Assembly (NCBI GenBank): GCA_017383505.1 | Contig: JAFNXG010000184.1 | Location: 1 to 39,855, forward strand | Length of the DNA: 39,855 nt | Direction: 5' to 3' | Origin: Clostridium sp. | GTDB lineage: Bacteria; Bacillota; Clostridia; Clostridiales; Clostridiaceae | In this document: piece by piece, positions 1 to 9,290 of the stretch | Numbering within the stretch: position 1 is the first letter of the stretch | Layout: the number at the start of each line of letters is the position of its first letter | Program-made: the position numbers and the translations under genes | The notes under the pieces: generated by a model | Database searches by the model: none | Seen by the model: the letters and a program-made list of their open reading frames with translations, nothing else | What the model was told of the DNA's origin: nothing

Positions 1-269
1 ATAGTTTCATAATCATATAATGCATCTAAAAATATAGTATTTTCTTCTTTTCCAAAAACCTTTGTTACATATATTGATGGTATTGCAACAAATTTTATAA
101 AACCTATAAGTTCCTCAGCCGTACTAAATGAATACCAATTACAAAATAAATCTCTACTATAATAATTTATTAAAGAAAGCTTTAATATATATGCATTAGG
201 CTTTATATCTATTTCATCCTGATTCATTAAGTAATTTTTCCAATAATAAATTAAATCATACTTTTTCAA
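1..269 (-). CDS. Hypothetical protein, runs off the window edge (MKKYDLIYYWKNYLMNQDEIDIKPNAY...)
   Basis: Read by hand: TTG at 269 after an AGGAGGG RBS; 89 open codons to the window edge. Confidence 0.75.
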   Translation of the reverse strand, partial: MKKYDLIYYWKNYLMNQDEIDIKPNAYILKLSLINYYSRDLFCNWYSFSTAEELIGFIKFVAIPSIYVTKVFGKEENTIFLDALYDYET

Positions 270-500
270 TATTATCCCTCCTAATACCATAACTTTTTCT
301 TGCATTAGTTTATTAAATATAATTTTTATCTTATAAATTTGAAATATATTTATGCTTATGAATTATGAAGCTACTTTATCCATGTTTTATTTTTTAATAT
401 ATATACTAAATATATTATGTAAAGTAATATATTTATATGCTATAAATATATTAAAATTTATCCTTATTTTATAGGTATTTTAAATTAATATAATAGTATT

Positions 501-1229
501 CTAAAAACATTGACTATAGTTATCTATAGCTCTAGCGACACATTCCATCATTAACTTTTGATAGTTACTATCTGACAACATTTTATCTTCATTATAATTA
601 CTCATAAATCCCATCTCTAATATAACTACAGGTACTTTAGACCAGTTAAATCCTGTTATATCATTTCTTTCAAAAATCCCATTTATTTTTATATTATTAT
701 CTTGTAACTCCTTTTTTAATATCTCTGCATATCTATTACTTTTAGAGTAAATTCCACTAGTATATTTACTATCCTTACTAGGAACTAATATAGTAGCACC
801 GGTTTTTGAACAATCGTTAATACTATCACAATGAATTCTAATCATAATATTAGCATTTGCATTATTAGCAATCTCAGCTCTTTCTATATTACTAATATTT
901 ACATTATCAGTTTCTCTAGTCATAATAACATTGTACTTCTTTTGAGATAGTAACTCCTTTAAAATCATTGCTGCCTTTAAATTTACAACATGCTCTGAAT
1001 TTTTAGTTGCAACTCCAACAGTACCTGAAGAAACTCTAGCCTTTTTATTATTAGAGCCTGGAGCTATTGGTTCCCCCTTTGGATCACCTTTTCCTTGATG
1101 CCCTGGATCTATACATACTGTAAAATTTTCATCATATTTTTCATAAATCCTATAAGCAGTAGTACATGTATAATTCATTAAATTCACTATAAATGTTAAT
1201 ATAAATATTACTAAAAACTTTTTGTACAT
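501..1229 (-). CDS. N-acetylmuramoyl-L-alanine amidase (Amidase_3) with N-terminal signal/anchor
   Basis: IDPGHQG, IRIHCDS and ILEMGFMSN Zn-amidase motifs; start moved to MYKK (ATG 1229, AAGGGAG RBS) because the longer ORF overlaps the upstream terminator. Confidence 0.9.
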   Translation of the reverse strand: MYKKFLVIFILTFIVNLMNYTCTTAYRIYEKYDENFTVCIDPGHQGKGDPKGEPIAPGSNNKKARVSSGTVGVATKNSEHVVNLKAAMILKELLSQKKYNVIMTRETDNVNISNIERAEIANNANANIMIRIHCDSINDCSKTGATILVPSKDSKYTSGIYSKSNRYAEILKKELQDNNIKINGIFERNDITGFNWSKVPVVILEMGFMSNYNEDKMLSDSNYQKLMMECVARAIDNYSQCF

Positions 1230-1251
1230 TTTTCTCCCTTTCTTATATAAT

Positions 1252-1283
1252 AAAAGGCTAATACATATAGTACTTAGCCTTTT
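1252..1283 (-). terminator. Intrinsic terminator closing the urease-amt-ureI unit
   Basis: AAAAGGCTAA...TTAGCCTTTT inverted repeat just downstream of the ureI stop, with U-rich tail. Confidence 0.75.
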
Positions 1284-1297
1284 GTTCATTTATATTT

Positions 1298-1810
1298 TTA
1301 TTTTGGATACATATTTAATAATATTAATGCACCTGGAATCCACGCTGTAACAATACCATCAAAAATTGATAAGTACGGTGTAAATTTACCTAAGTCTTTA
1401 TTTAATACTAATTCAATAAATCCTGTTAACCATAATAGTCCCCATAGAAGCCATATAATCATCCAATAGATATTTCCTACAGTAAAATCAATAAATCTTA
1501 AGGTATTAGAATCAATAAATGCTAATGGTACTGTATTGATCGCTACAAATAAACAATACCATCCATATAATCTTAAATCTAAATTAAATATATTGTTTGC
1601 TGCGATATATAAATAAGTAAATCCAAATAGTAATCCAGTTGCAGCTGCAAAATAATCTCCTCTAACTGCTGCTACTACATTTAAAATAAATGATAGACTT
1701 CCAGTAAAAACATTAAATACAGCTAAAGATTTACCATTTACATTATAAAGTCTTCCTATTCCATTTAAAATAAGTACAACTCCTACATAAATTAATATTT
1801 CACCTAACAT
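1298..1810 (-). CDS. ureI: AmiS/UreI family urea channel
   Basis: MLG..L.YVG..L..NG start; FN.FTG, LLFGFTYLY, YGWYCLFVAIN, W..WG.LWLT.F.E and TAWIPG motifs; about 6 TM helices; located in a urease cluster. Confidence 0.9.
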   Translation of the reverse strand: MLGEILIYVGVVLILNGIGRLYNVNGKSLAVFNVFTGSLSFILNVVAAVRGDYFAAATGLLFGFTYLYIAANNIFNLDLRLYGWYCLFVAINTVPLAFIDSNTLRFIDFTVGNIYWMIIWLLWGLLWLTGFIELVLNKDLGKFTPYLSIFDGIVTAWIPGALILLNMYPK

Positions 1811-1848
1811 ATTAGGCCTCCTTTAATATTTGATAAGACATAAAATTT

Positions 1849-3051
1849 CTAATCTAGCTTAGTTTCAAAATTCTCGTCAAAGAATTCTTTATCTAATCCT
1901 TTTCTTTGAATTTCTTCACTTACTTTAATAGATTTAGTCTTATCTACTAATTTAAATATTAAGAATGTTAGTAAAATAGAGTAAACTGCAATTAAAACTG
2001 CTCCAAAAAGTTGAATTAAGAACTGACGTATTCCTGCACTAACTCCATTTACACGAGGATCTGCAAATACTCCTATTAGTAATATACCTAGAAATCCTCC
2101 AACTCCATGCACTCCCCATACATCTAGTGCATCATCCCATTTTTTTCTTTCAAACTCAACACAGAAGAAGCATACTACAGCCCCTAAGACCCCTATAATT
2201 AATGCACTTATAGGAGTTATATATCCTGATGCTGGTGTTACTGTAGCAAGACCTGCTATTGCGCCTACTAATGCTTCTAAGAATGATGCTCTTTTAGCGT
2301 GTCTTGCATGTAACATTAACCAAACTACCATTCCAGATGCTGCTGCAAGACCAGTGTTTGTAAATACTATTGCCGCAATATCTGCTGCTGCAATTGTACC
2401 TCCTGCATTAAATCCAAACCATCCAAATAGTAATAATCCTGCACCAATTGCAACTAATCCTAAGTTGAAAGGACCCTTTTCATTCTTAACTTTTCTTGAT
2501 CCAATGACATAAATTCCACCTAAACACCCAAAGCCAGATGTTATGTGTATGGTTGCTCCTCCAGCAAAATCAACAAATCCTAGTTTACTAAGGAATCCTC
2601 CTCCCCAAACCCAATGCGCTACCGGAAAGTATACCAATATAATCCAAAGTATCAAAATTTTTATCCATCCACTTACTGTTAATCTATTTGCAAATGCTCC
2701 AGTCATTAATGGTGCAGTTATAATTGCGAACATCATTTGATACATAAAGAATAATATAAATGGTATTGTTTCACTATATCTTAAATCCACTGTAAATGTC
2801 ACATCTCTTAAAGCAAAGAATTGAAGTGGATTTCCTATTACTCCACCAATATCATCACCAAATACTAAACTAAATCCTCCAAATACCCATATTATTGCTA
2901 CTATTCCTATTGCTATAAATACTTGAAACATTATAGTTAATGTATTTTTTCTTTCAACTAAACCACCGTAAAAAAATGCCAATCCCGGGGTCATAATTAA
3001 AACAAGCACTGTAGACAATATCATAAATGCTACGTCACCATGAATAATCAT
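1849..3051 (-). CDS. amt: Ammonium transporter (Amt family)
   Basis: MTPGLAFFYGG, HWVWGGG, DFAGG..IH, GWFGFNAG and DD.LDVWGVHG motifs; twin His present. Confidence 0.95.
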   Translation of the reverse strand: MIIHGDVAFMILSTVLVLIMTPGLAFFYGGLVERKNTLTIMFQVFIAIGIVAIIWVFGGFSLVFGDDIGGVIGNPLQFFALRDVTFTVDLRYSETIPFILFFMYQMMFAIITAPLMTGAFANRLTVSGWIKILILWIILVYFPVAHWVWGGGFLSKLGFVDFAGGATIHITSGFGCLGGIYVIGSRKVKNEKGPFNLGLVAIGAGLLLFGWFGFNAGGTIAAADIAAIVFTNTGLAAASGMVVWLMLHARHAKRASFLEALVGAIAGLATVTPASGYITPISALIIGVLGAVVCFFCVEFERKKWDDALDVWGVHGVGGFLGILLIGVFADPRVNGVSAGIRQFLIQLFGAVLIAVYSILLTFLIFKLVDKTKSIKVSEEIQRKGLDKEFFDENFETKLD

Positions 3052-3097
3052 AGAATCACTCCTTAATTTTTCATTTGATTATTTTAAAATAAAATAT

Positions 3098-3946
3098 CTA
3101 ATATTTTCTTATAATTAAATCTTTAGATTCTAAGAATTTTTTTCTTATATAATTATGACAAGCCCCCGTTACCTGCTCTATATGTTGTGTTAAGTTTCCT
3201 AATACTCTGAGAACAAACCCATTAACCTCTAATTTTGATATTCCAAAATCTACAGGCAAATTTAATTTTATAATTATTTCTCTTAACTCCTCTATAACTT
3301 TATTGTCTATATTTTTATTAATAACTAATAAAGTTCCAAAGTTTAAGTATTCTTCAAAAAAACCCATTTTAGTTACATCATTATCATTAGGATTAACAAT
3401 TAAATTATCTAATAACACCAACTTTTTATTTAAATATACATTGCTTTTTAATTGCACACTATTATACTTAAAACTCTCACCCTCCGGAGACCATCCAGAA
3501 GTAATTCCATCAATATAAATTAATGTAGCGCTATCATCTAAATAAATATTATTAACTTGTTTATAAATTGCATCCTTATACATAATAACGTTATCCGCTA
3601 TATATTCTAAAACACTATTTTTCCCCAACTCTATTACTGTCTCTTGTTGTGTTTTTATATTATTTAGACATTTATATACTTTAGCTGCAGCTTGAGTAGT
3701 TATTATAGCTCTTGTATCATCCTTTAATTTAAATATATTTTTATACTTTTCTCCTTCAATATACCCGCCTCCAAGTTGTAATAAATAAAATGTAGGTATA
3801 TTTTCCCTATCCATTTTAATAGTTGGAGATACTTTTACTAATCCTTGATAAAATTTTTTAGTTGCAATTGTTTTATCATTTTTTTTCTCTAATATTAATT
3901 CTATAAATCCAGAATATTCATTCTTAACTTTTGCTTCTTTAAACAT
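3098..3946 (-). CDS. ureD: Urease accessory protein UreD
   Basis: GGGYIEGE, IITTQAAAKVYK and GWSPEG motifs; follows ureG. Confidence 0.93.
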   Translation of the reverse strand: MFKEAKVKNEYSGFIELILEKKNDKTIATKKFYQGLVKVSPTIKMDRENIPTFYLLQLGGGYIEGEKYKNIFKLKDDTRAIITTQAAAKVYKCLNNIKTQQETVIELGKNSVLEYIADNVIMYKDAIYKQVNNIYLDDSATLIYIDGITSGWSPEGESFKYNSVQLKSNVYLNKKLVLLDNLIVNPNDNDVTKMGFFEEYLNFGTLLVINKNIDNKVIEELREIIIKLNLPVDFGISKLEVNGFVLRVLGNLTQHIEQVTGACHNYIRKKFLESKDLIIRKY

Positions 3947-3947
3947 A

Positions 3948-4559
3948 CTATGCTATTCCTTCTAATAAACAATTTTTCTTAATCCAAGTAATAACACTTT
4001 GAATTCCTTCATCTGTTTTAAGGTTAGTAAAAATAAAGCTATTTTCTGTTCTAAAAGCTAATGTATCTTGTCTCATTATATCTAAATTAGCTCCAACATA
4101 TGGTGCTAGGTCTATTTTATTTATTATAAATAAATCACTTTTTATCATTCCTTGACCTGCTTTTCTAGGAATCTTTTCTCCTTGTGCAACATCAATGATA
4201 TATATAGAGAAATCTACTAAATCTGGGCTAAATGTTGCCGCTAGATTATCTCCACCACTTTCTAAGAATATGATATCTAAATTATCAAATCTTTTTTTTA
4301 GCTCTTCTAATGCTTCAAAGTTCATAGACGCATCTTCCCTTATTGCTGTGTGTGGACATCCTCCTGTTTCAACTCCAATAACATGATCCTCGCTTAAAAC
4401 AGAATTCTTAACCATAAACTTAGCATCTTCTTTAGTGTATATATCATTAGTTATAACTGCGCATTCATATTCTTTGCTCATTGCTCTTGTTAATCTTTCT
4501 ATAAGTAATGTTTTTCCACTACCTACAGGGCCACCTACACCTATAACTACAGGTTTCAT
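3948..4559 (-). CDS. ureG: Urease accessory GTPase UreG
   Basis: [31 protein letters not shown] and NKID motifs; likely start MKPVV (ATG 4559). Confidence 0.97.
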   Translation of the reverse strand: MKPVVIGVGGPVGSGKTLLIERLTRAMSKEYECAVITNDIYTKEDAKFMVKNSVLSEDHVIGVETGGCPHTAIREDASMNFEALEELKKRFDNLDIIFLESGGDNLAATFSPDLVDFSIYIIDVAQGEKIPRKAGQGMIKSDLFIINKIDLAPYVGANLDIMRQDTLAFRTENSFIFTNLKTDEGIQSVITWIKKNCLLEGIA

Positions 4560-4583
4560 ATGCAACACCCTTTCATTTATTTT

Positions 4584-4627
4584 TTATTTGAATTATGAAT
4601 GATTTAAATCACTCATAATTCAAATAA
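4584..4627 (-). other. 44-bp near-perfect palindrome (RNA stem-loop) between ureF and ureG
   Basis: ttatttgaattatgaatgattt / aaatcactcataattcaaataa; the single mismatch is G-U on the mRNA strand. Confidence 0.75.
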
Positions 4628-4661
4628 TTTTTTATAATTAAATAATTTTATACTTTTGTTA

Positions 4662-5363
4662 TTAAGACATAAATAATCTAAATTCCATAATTTCATGTTT
4701 AATTTGAGATAATTCTAATCCTGGGCTATTAGCTCCGAAATAATCTTCATCTAAGCTCATTATAGTTATATATAAACCTTCAAAAGTTTCACTAAACTCT
4801 TTTAGTAATAATTGCCCATCTTTTTGACCTAATGGAATAGTTCTAACAGCATTACTAATAAGAGTAGAAACTGTACTATACATATGATAAATTATAGCTT
4901 CTTTTAAATTAAATCCTAGAGAATACATTAACATTCCAAAAACAATTGCTGGGTGTCCAAAAGCTTCTTTTTTATTTAATTTTTCATTATATACTTTTAA
5001 TAAATTAAAATCATATAAATCCATAAATAATTTTATCATTCTACTAGCTACTAACTTTCCTGCATTTCTACTTTCTACAGCTACTGTTTGAACAGTGATA
5101 AGGTTATCTAAAGTCCAAACACCTTCTAAATCATCATTATTTAAATACTCATATAAAAACTTTATAGCTAAACCATCACTAAAAATAAATTGTTCCTTTA
5201 AATATACATTTAACCAATCTCTAAAAGTTTCTGTATTATAAACTTTCTTTAATCTTAAATATGTTTCCATCCCATATGAGTGATTAAATGATCCCACTGG
5301 AAAATTAGAATCACAAATTTGTATTACTTTTAAAACATCAGCAATATTATTATTAATTGGCAT
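4662..5363 (-). CDS. ureF: Urease accessory protein UreF
   Basis: QICDSNFPVGSFNHSYGMETY, AVRTIPLGQKDGQ and C-terminal RLFMS; start uncertain (ATG 5363 overlaps the ureE end). Confidence 0.95.
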   Translation of the reverse strand: MPINNNIADVLKVIQICDSNFPVGSFNHSYGMETYLRLKKVYNTETFRDWLNVYLKEQFIFSDGLAIKFLYEYLNNDDLEGVWTLDNLITVQTVAVESRNAGKLVASRMIKLFMDLYDFNLLKVYNEKLNKKEAFGHPAIVFGMLMYSLGFNLKEAIIYHMYSTVSTLISNAVRTIPLGQKDGQLLLKEFSETFEGLYITIMSLDEDYFGANSPGLELSQIKHEIMEFRLFMS

Positions 5364-5817
5364 GTGTATGAGTGTGCCCAAATTCTACGTGCCTAAAAGC
5401 TTTCTTTAATTTTAAATTTTCTCTAGAATATTTAATACCATCTTTTTTTAATTCATTTTCCACCAAAGCATCATACTGAATTATCATTTTTCCATCTTCA
5501 AATTGAGCTTGTAAATGCCTATTTCCAAGACTATGAGCTATAACTCCCATTTCGGTCATACTATTTGGTTTTATAACTAAAACATCATCACCTTTAATTT
5601 TAACTATGATTATATTTTTATCATCATGATAAAGAATATCTCCATCCTTTAATTCAATATTTTCAGATAGTGCTATTCCATATTCGTGATTATGGTCAGA
5701 ATTAACTCTCATTATTCTCTTTAATGACTCTTCACTAGTTATATATATCTTTTCTATATGAACATTATTTAAGTCTTCTATATCATTTATATTTCCTAAT
5801 ACTTGGTTAAAAATCAT
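5353..5817 (-). CDS. ureE: Urease Ni metallochaperone UreE
   Basis: LKDGDIL, AHSLGNRH and short His tail HVEFGHTHTH; ATG 5817 after a GGAGG RBS. Confidence 0.95.
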   Translation of the reverse strand: MIFNQVLGNINDIEDLNNVHIEKIYITSEESLKRIMRVNSDHNHEYGIALSENIELKDGDILYHDDKNIIIVKIKGDDVLVIKPNSMTEMGVIAHSLGNRHLQAQFEDGKMIIQYDALVENELKKDGIKYSRENLKLKKAFRHVEFGHTHTHAN

Positions 5818-5834
5818 ATAAACCTCCATATTAA

Positions 5835-7550
5835 TTAATATAAGAAATATCTTTGAGTTAATGGTAATTCACTTGCTGGTTCACAAGTTATTAATTCACC
5901 ATCAACAGTTACATCATAAGTTTGAGGATCTACTCTAATTTCAGGAGTAGCATCATTTAACTTCATATCTTTCTTAGTTAAATTTCTAATTCCGCCTACT
6001 GGTAATACTGTTTTCTCTAATCCTAATTCTTCTTTAATTCCATGTTCATAAGCATATTTAGAAACAAATGTGATACAAGTTGATTCTTGCGCTTTACCAA
6101 ATGCTGCATAACAATCTCTATATGCAACTGGTTGACATGTTGGAATAGATGCATTTGCATCACCAATAATTCCTCTAATTGCCATACCACCTTTAATTAT
6201 TAAATGTGGCTTAACCCCAAAATATGGTGGTTCCCAAAGTACTAAGTCAGCTATTTTTCCAACTTCTATTGAACCAATATAATTACCCATACCTTGTGCT
6301 ATAGCTGGATTAATTGTATATTTAGCAACATATCTTCTAACTCTATTGTTATCGTTATATTCACTATCTCCTTCTAAAGGTCCTCTTTGTTTCTTCATCT
6401 TTGAAGCTGTTTGCCAAGTTCTTGTTACAACTTCTCCAATTCTTCCCATTGCTAATGTATCAGAACTCATAATACTAAAAATACCCATATCTTGGAATAC
6501 ATCTTCTGCCGCTATTGTTTGATGTCTAATTCTTGAATCAGCAAATGCTATATCCTCTGGAACTTTTGGATCTAAGTGGTGACAAACCATCATCATATCT
6601 AAATGCTCTGCTACTGTATTTATAGTATATGGTTTTGTTGGATTTGTTGATGCTGGTAATACATTAATTTGAGATGCAACTTTCATTAAGTCTGGTGCAT
6701 GACCTCCACCAGCTCCTTCTGTATGATATGCATGTATTACTCTTCCAGCTATTGCTTGAATAGTATGTTCTACAAATCCACCTTCATTTAAAGTATCACT
6801 ATGTAAAGCAACTTGGATATCGTATTTTTCAGCAGTTTCTAATGAATAATTAATTGCTGATCTTGTTGCCCCCCAATCTTCATGAACTTTAAGTCCAATT
6901 GCTCCTGCCTCAATTTGTTCAGCATTAACATCTATATTAGCACCGCTTCCTTTACCTAATATACCAACATTTACTGGCCATCCATCTGCAGATTTTAACA
7001 TTGATTTAATATTCCAAGGGCCTGGAGTTGAAGTAACAGCATTTGTTCCATCAACAGGACCTGTTCCACCTCCTACTAATGTAGTTATTCCTCCTTCTAG
7101 AGCTACTTGAGCGCATCCTGGGTGAATATAGTGAACGTGAGTATCTATTCCACCAGCTGTTAAAATTCTTCCTTCCCCAGCTAAAGCTTCAGTTCCTACC
7201 CCTACTACAAAGTCAACATTATCCATTGTATCTGGGTTACCGCCTTTACCTATAGCGATTATTTTTCCACCTTTAATTCCTATATCAGCTTTGTATACTC
7301 CAGTATAATCTACTACTGTTGCTCCTGTTATAACTAAATCAACAAGCTCTGGATTTTTACTAGTTTGTGTAGCGTTTTGACCCATACCATCTCTAAGAGT
7401 TTTTCCTCCACCAAACTTACACTCATTTCCATATCCTGTATAATCCTTTTCAATTTTTATAAAAAGATCTGTATCTCCAAGTCTGATACTATCTCCTTCT
7501 GTAGGTCCAAATAATTCTGCGTATCTGTGTCTATCTATTTCAAAACTCAT
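5835..7550 (-). CDS. ureC: Urease subunit alpha
   Basis: [42 protein letters not shown] and SSD motifs; all Ni ligands present. Confidence 0.99.
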   Translation of the reverse strand: MSFEIDRHRYAELFGPTEGDSIRLGDTDLFIKIEKDYTGYGNECKFGGGKTLRDGMGQNATQTSKNPELVDLVITGATVVDYTGVYKADIGIKGGKIIAIGKGGNPDTMDNVDFVVGVGTEALAGEGRILTAGGIDTHVHYIHPGCAQVALEGGITTLVGGGTGPVDGTNAVTSTPGPWNIKSMLKSADGWPVNVGILGKGSGANIDVNAEQIEAGAIGLKVHEDWGATRSAINYSLETAEKYDIQVALHSDTLNEGGFVEHTIQAIAGRVIHAYHTEGAGGGHAPDLMKVASQINVLPASTNPTKPYTINTVAEHLDMMMVCHHLDPKVPEDIAFADSRIRHQTIAAEDVFQDMGIFSIMSSDTLAMGRIGEVVTRTWQTASKMKKQRGPLEGDSEYNDNNRVRRYVAKYTINPAIAQGMGNYIGSIEVGKIADLVLWEPPYFGVKPHLIIKGGMAIRGIIGDANASIPTCQPVAYRDCYAAFGKAQESTCITFVSKYAYEHGIKEELGLEKTVLPVGGIRNLTKKDMKLNDATPEIRVDPQTYDVTVDGELITCEPASELPLTQRYFLY

Positions 7551-7885
7551 TACTTTTCACCGCTCCCTTTTGACATTCCATCTAAAAATCCATCACACAT
7601 ATTTCTAATTCCGTAAACTCTTCTATATCCGCCGATATCAATTAAATTTACTTCCTTTTTATCACCAGGTTCAAATCTAACAGCTGTTCCTGAAGGGATA
7701 TCTAATCTTTTTCCCCACGCTGCATTTCTATCAAAACTTAAAGCATCATTTACTTCATAAAAGTGATAATGTGAACCTATTTGTACTGGTCTATCTCCAG
7801 TATTTACAACTTGCATTTTTATTGCTTCTTTTCCTGCATTATATTGAATATTTCCTTCTTGTACTTTTATTTCACCTGGTACCAT
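7550..7885 (-). CDS. ureB: Urease subunit beta
   Basis: [15 protein letters not shown] and [15 protein letters not shown]; ATG 7885 after GGAGG; TAATG overlap with ureC. Confidence 0.98.
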   Translation of the reverse strand: MVPGEIKVQEGNIQYNAGKEAIKMQVVNTGDRPVQIGSHYHFYEVNDALSFDRNAAWGKRLDIPSGTAVRFEPGDKKEVNLIDIGGYRRVYGIRNMCDGFLDGMSKGSGEK

Positions 7886-7898
7886 GCTAAATTCCTCC

Positions 7899-8201
7899 TT
7901 ATTTAATTGGTTCATGTACTGTTACTAATTTTGTTCCATCAGGGAAAGTACATTCAACTTGAACAGTATGAATCATATCTGGAATACCTTCCATTACATC
8001 ATCTTTTGATAAAATAGTAGTTCCATAATCCATTAACTCTTCAACTGTTTTCCCTTCTCTAGCTCCTTCTAACATTTCATCTGTTATTATTGCCATAGAC
8101 TCAGGATAATTTAACTTTAATCCCTTGCTTTTTCTTTTACGAGCTACATCAGCCGCAACAGAAATCAATAATTTCTCTTGTTCTCTAATTGTTAAATGCA
8201 A
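7899..8201 (-). CDS. ureA: Urease subunit gamma
   Basis: GLKLNYPE and [12 protein letters not shown]; TTG start with AAGGAGG RBS. Confidence 0.98.
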   Translation of the reverse strand: MHLTIREQEKLLISVAADVARKRKSKGLKLNYPESMAIITDEMLEGAREGKTVEELMDYGTTILSKDDVMEGIPDMIHTVQVECTFPDGTKLVTVHEPIK

Positions 8202-8235
8202 AATAAATTCCTCCTTTTTTTCTAAATAAATATAA

Positions 8236-8264
8236 AATCTATTTACTCATATTATTTTTTTCAA
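8236..8264 (-). promoter_or_regulatory. Candidate sigma-A promoter directly upstream of ureA
   Basis: TTGAAA-17-TAGATT; AT-rich background lowers significance. Confidence 0.45.
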
Positions 8265-8289
8265 ATTTATAAATTTTATTCCTATTTTT

Positions 8290-8997
8290 TTATTCATTAA
8301 AAGTAACATTTCCATTTAAGTCATAATAAGCTCCTACAACTTTTACTTTACCTTGAGCTATTAATTCCTTAACTATATCATCCTCTGAAACTTCTTTTAC
8401 TACATAATCAATATTATTATGTATTGCATCATCAATTGTTCCATCCTTATTTACATTAGGTTCTATCTTTTCAACAAATGATTCCATATGTCCTGTAGCA
8501 TTTTCCCCTTTTACAACTTGATTATATGTTGCTGTTACTGCACCACAGCTTTGATGCCCCATTACAACTATTAATGGTGTATTTAAATGTTCAACAGCAT
8601 ATTCAATTGAACCTAAAGCATCATCATCTACAACATTTCCAGCAAGCCTTATATCAAATATCTCTCCCAATCCTGCATTAAATACTGCAGTAGGAGTTAC
8701 TCTTGAATCTGAGCATGATACTATTACTGCATATGGGTTTTGACCTTCTTTTAAAGCATCTCTTCTTTCCTGACTTACATTTCTTAGTACGGATGTATCT
8801 GTTACAAATCTTTGATTACCATCTTTCAACATTTGTAATGCTTCATCTGAAGATGATACTTCTGTCTCAACAACCACTATTTCAGCTACACTTTGATTAT
8901 TTGTTGCATCTTTTGTTGTATTATTTGATGTACTATCTCCACAGCCAACTAAAAGCAAAGTACTAGTAACTAATGCTGTTATTAATTTTTTCTTCAT
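8290..8997 (-). CDS. Beta-class carbonic anhydrase, predicted lipoprotein
   Basis: CSDSRV (CxDxR), AGN, GSIEYAV and GHQSCGAV (HxxC); N-terminus MKKKLITALVTSTLLLVG-C (lipobox LVGC) then an S/T/N-rich linker. Confidence 0.93.
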   Translation of the reverse strand: MKKKLITALVTSTLLLVGCGDSTSNNTTKDATNNQSVAEIVVVETEVSSSDEALQMLKDGNQRFVTDTSVLRNVSQERRDALKEGQNPYAVIVSCSDSRVTPTAVFNAGLGEIFDIRLAGNVVDDDALGSIEYAVEHLNTPLIVVMGHQSCGAVTATYNQVVKGENATGHMESFVEKIEPNVNKDGTIDDAIHNNIDYVVKEVSEDDIVKELIAQGKVKVVGAYYDLNGNVTFNE

Positions 8998-9223
8998 TGA
9001 TTATCCCTCCTTTTCAAATTAAATTCATACCCTTAAATTTTGATATGCTAAATATAATATGAGCGAAAATCTAGTAACATATTCATACAATTTTACCTTT
9101 TCAAATAAATTTATTTAATATTATATTTATTTTGTTTATATTTTTCTTAATTTACATTAGAAGGTATATGGAATTATCAAGTATTCTATTAAAAATATAT
9201 AAATTAATTATTTTATAAAAAAT

Positions 9224-9276
9224 AAATGGTACTAAATTTTAAAATATTTATAATATCTTAAAATCTAGTACCATTT
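9224..9276 (-). terminator. Long hairpin downstream of exoA (terminator)
   Basis: 25-bp stem with 2 mismatches, both G-U on the minus strand; 3-nt loop; U-rich tail. Confidence 0.7.
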
Positions 9277-9290
9277 TTATTTTATAATTT

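Noticed and set aside
425-453. 13-bp AT-only inverted repeat after the amidase
   Set aside because: Low complexity; may be a weak terminator but cannot be distinguished from chance
501-1229. Amidase as part of the urease system
   Set aside because: Separated from ureI by a clear terminator; no functional link visible
9073-9089. GlnR/TnrA-like box upstream of the CA gene (TGTAT-N7-TTACT on minus)
   Set aside because: Two mismatches to TGTNA-N7-TNACA in AT-rich DNA; not supportable
1252-9276. Urease cluster as a mobile island
   Set aside because: No integrase, transposase, tRNA or flanking direct repeats seen; composition looks host-like by eye
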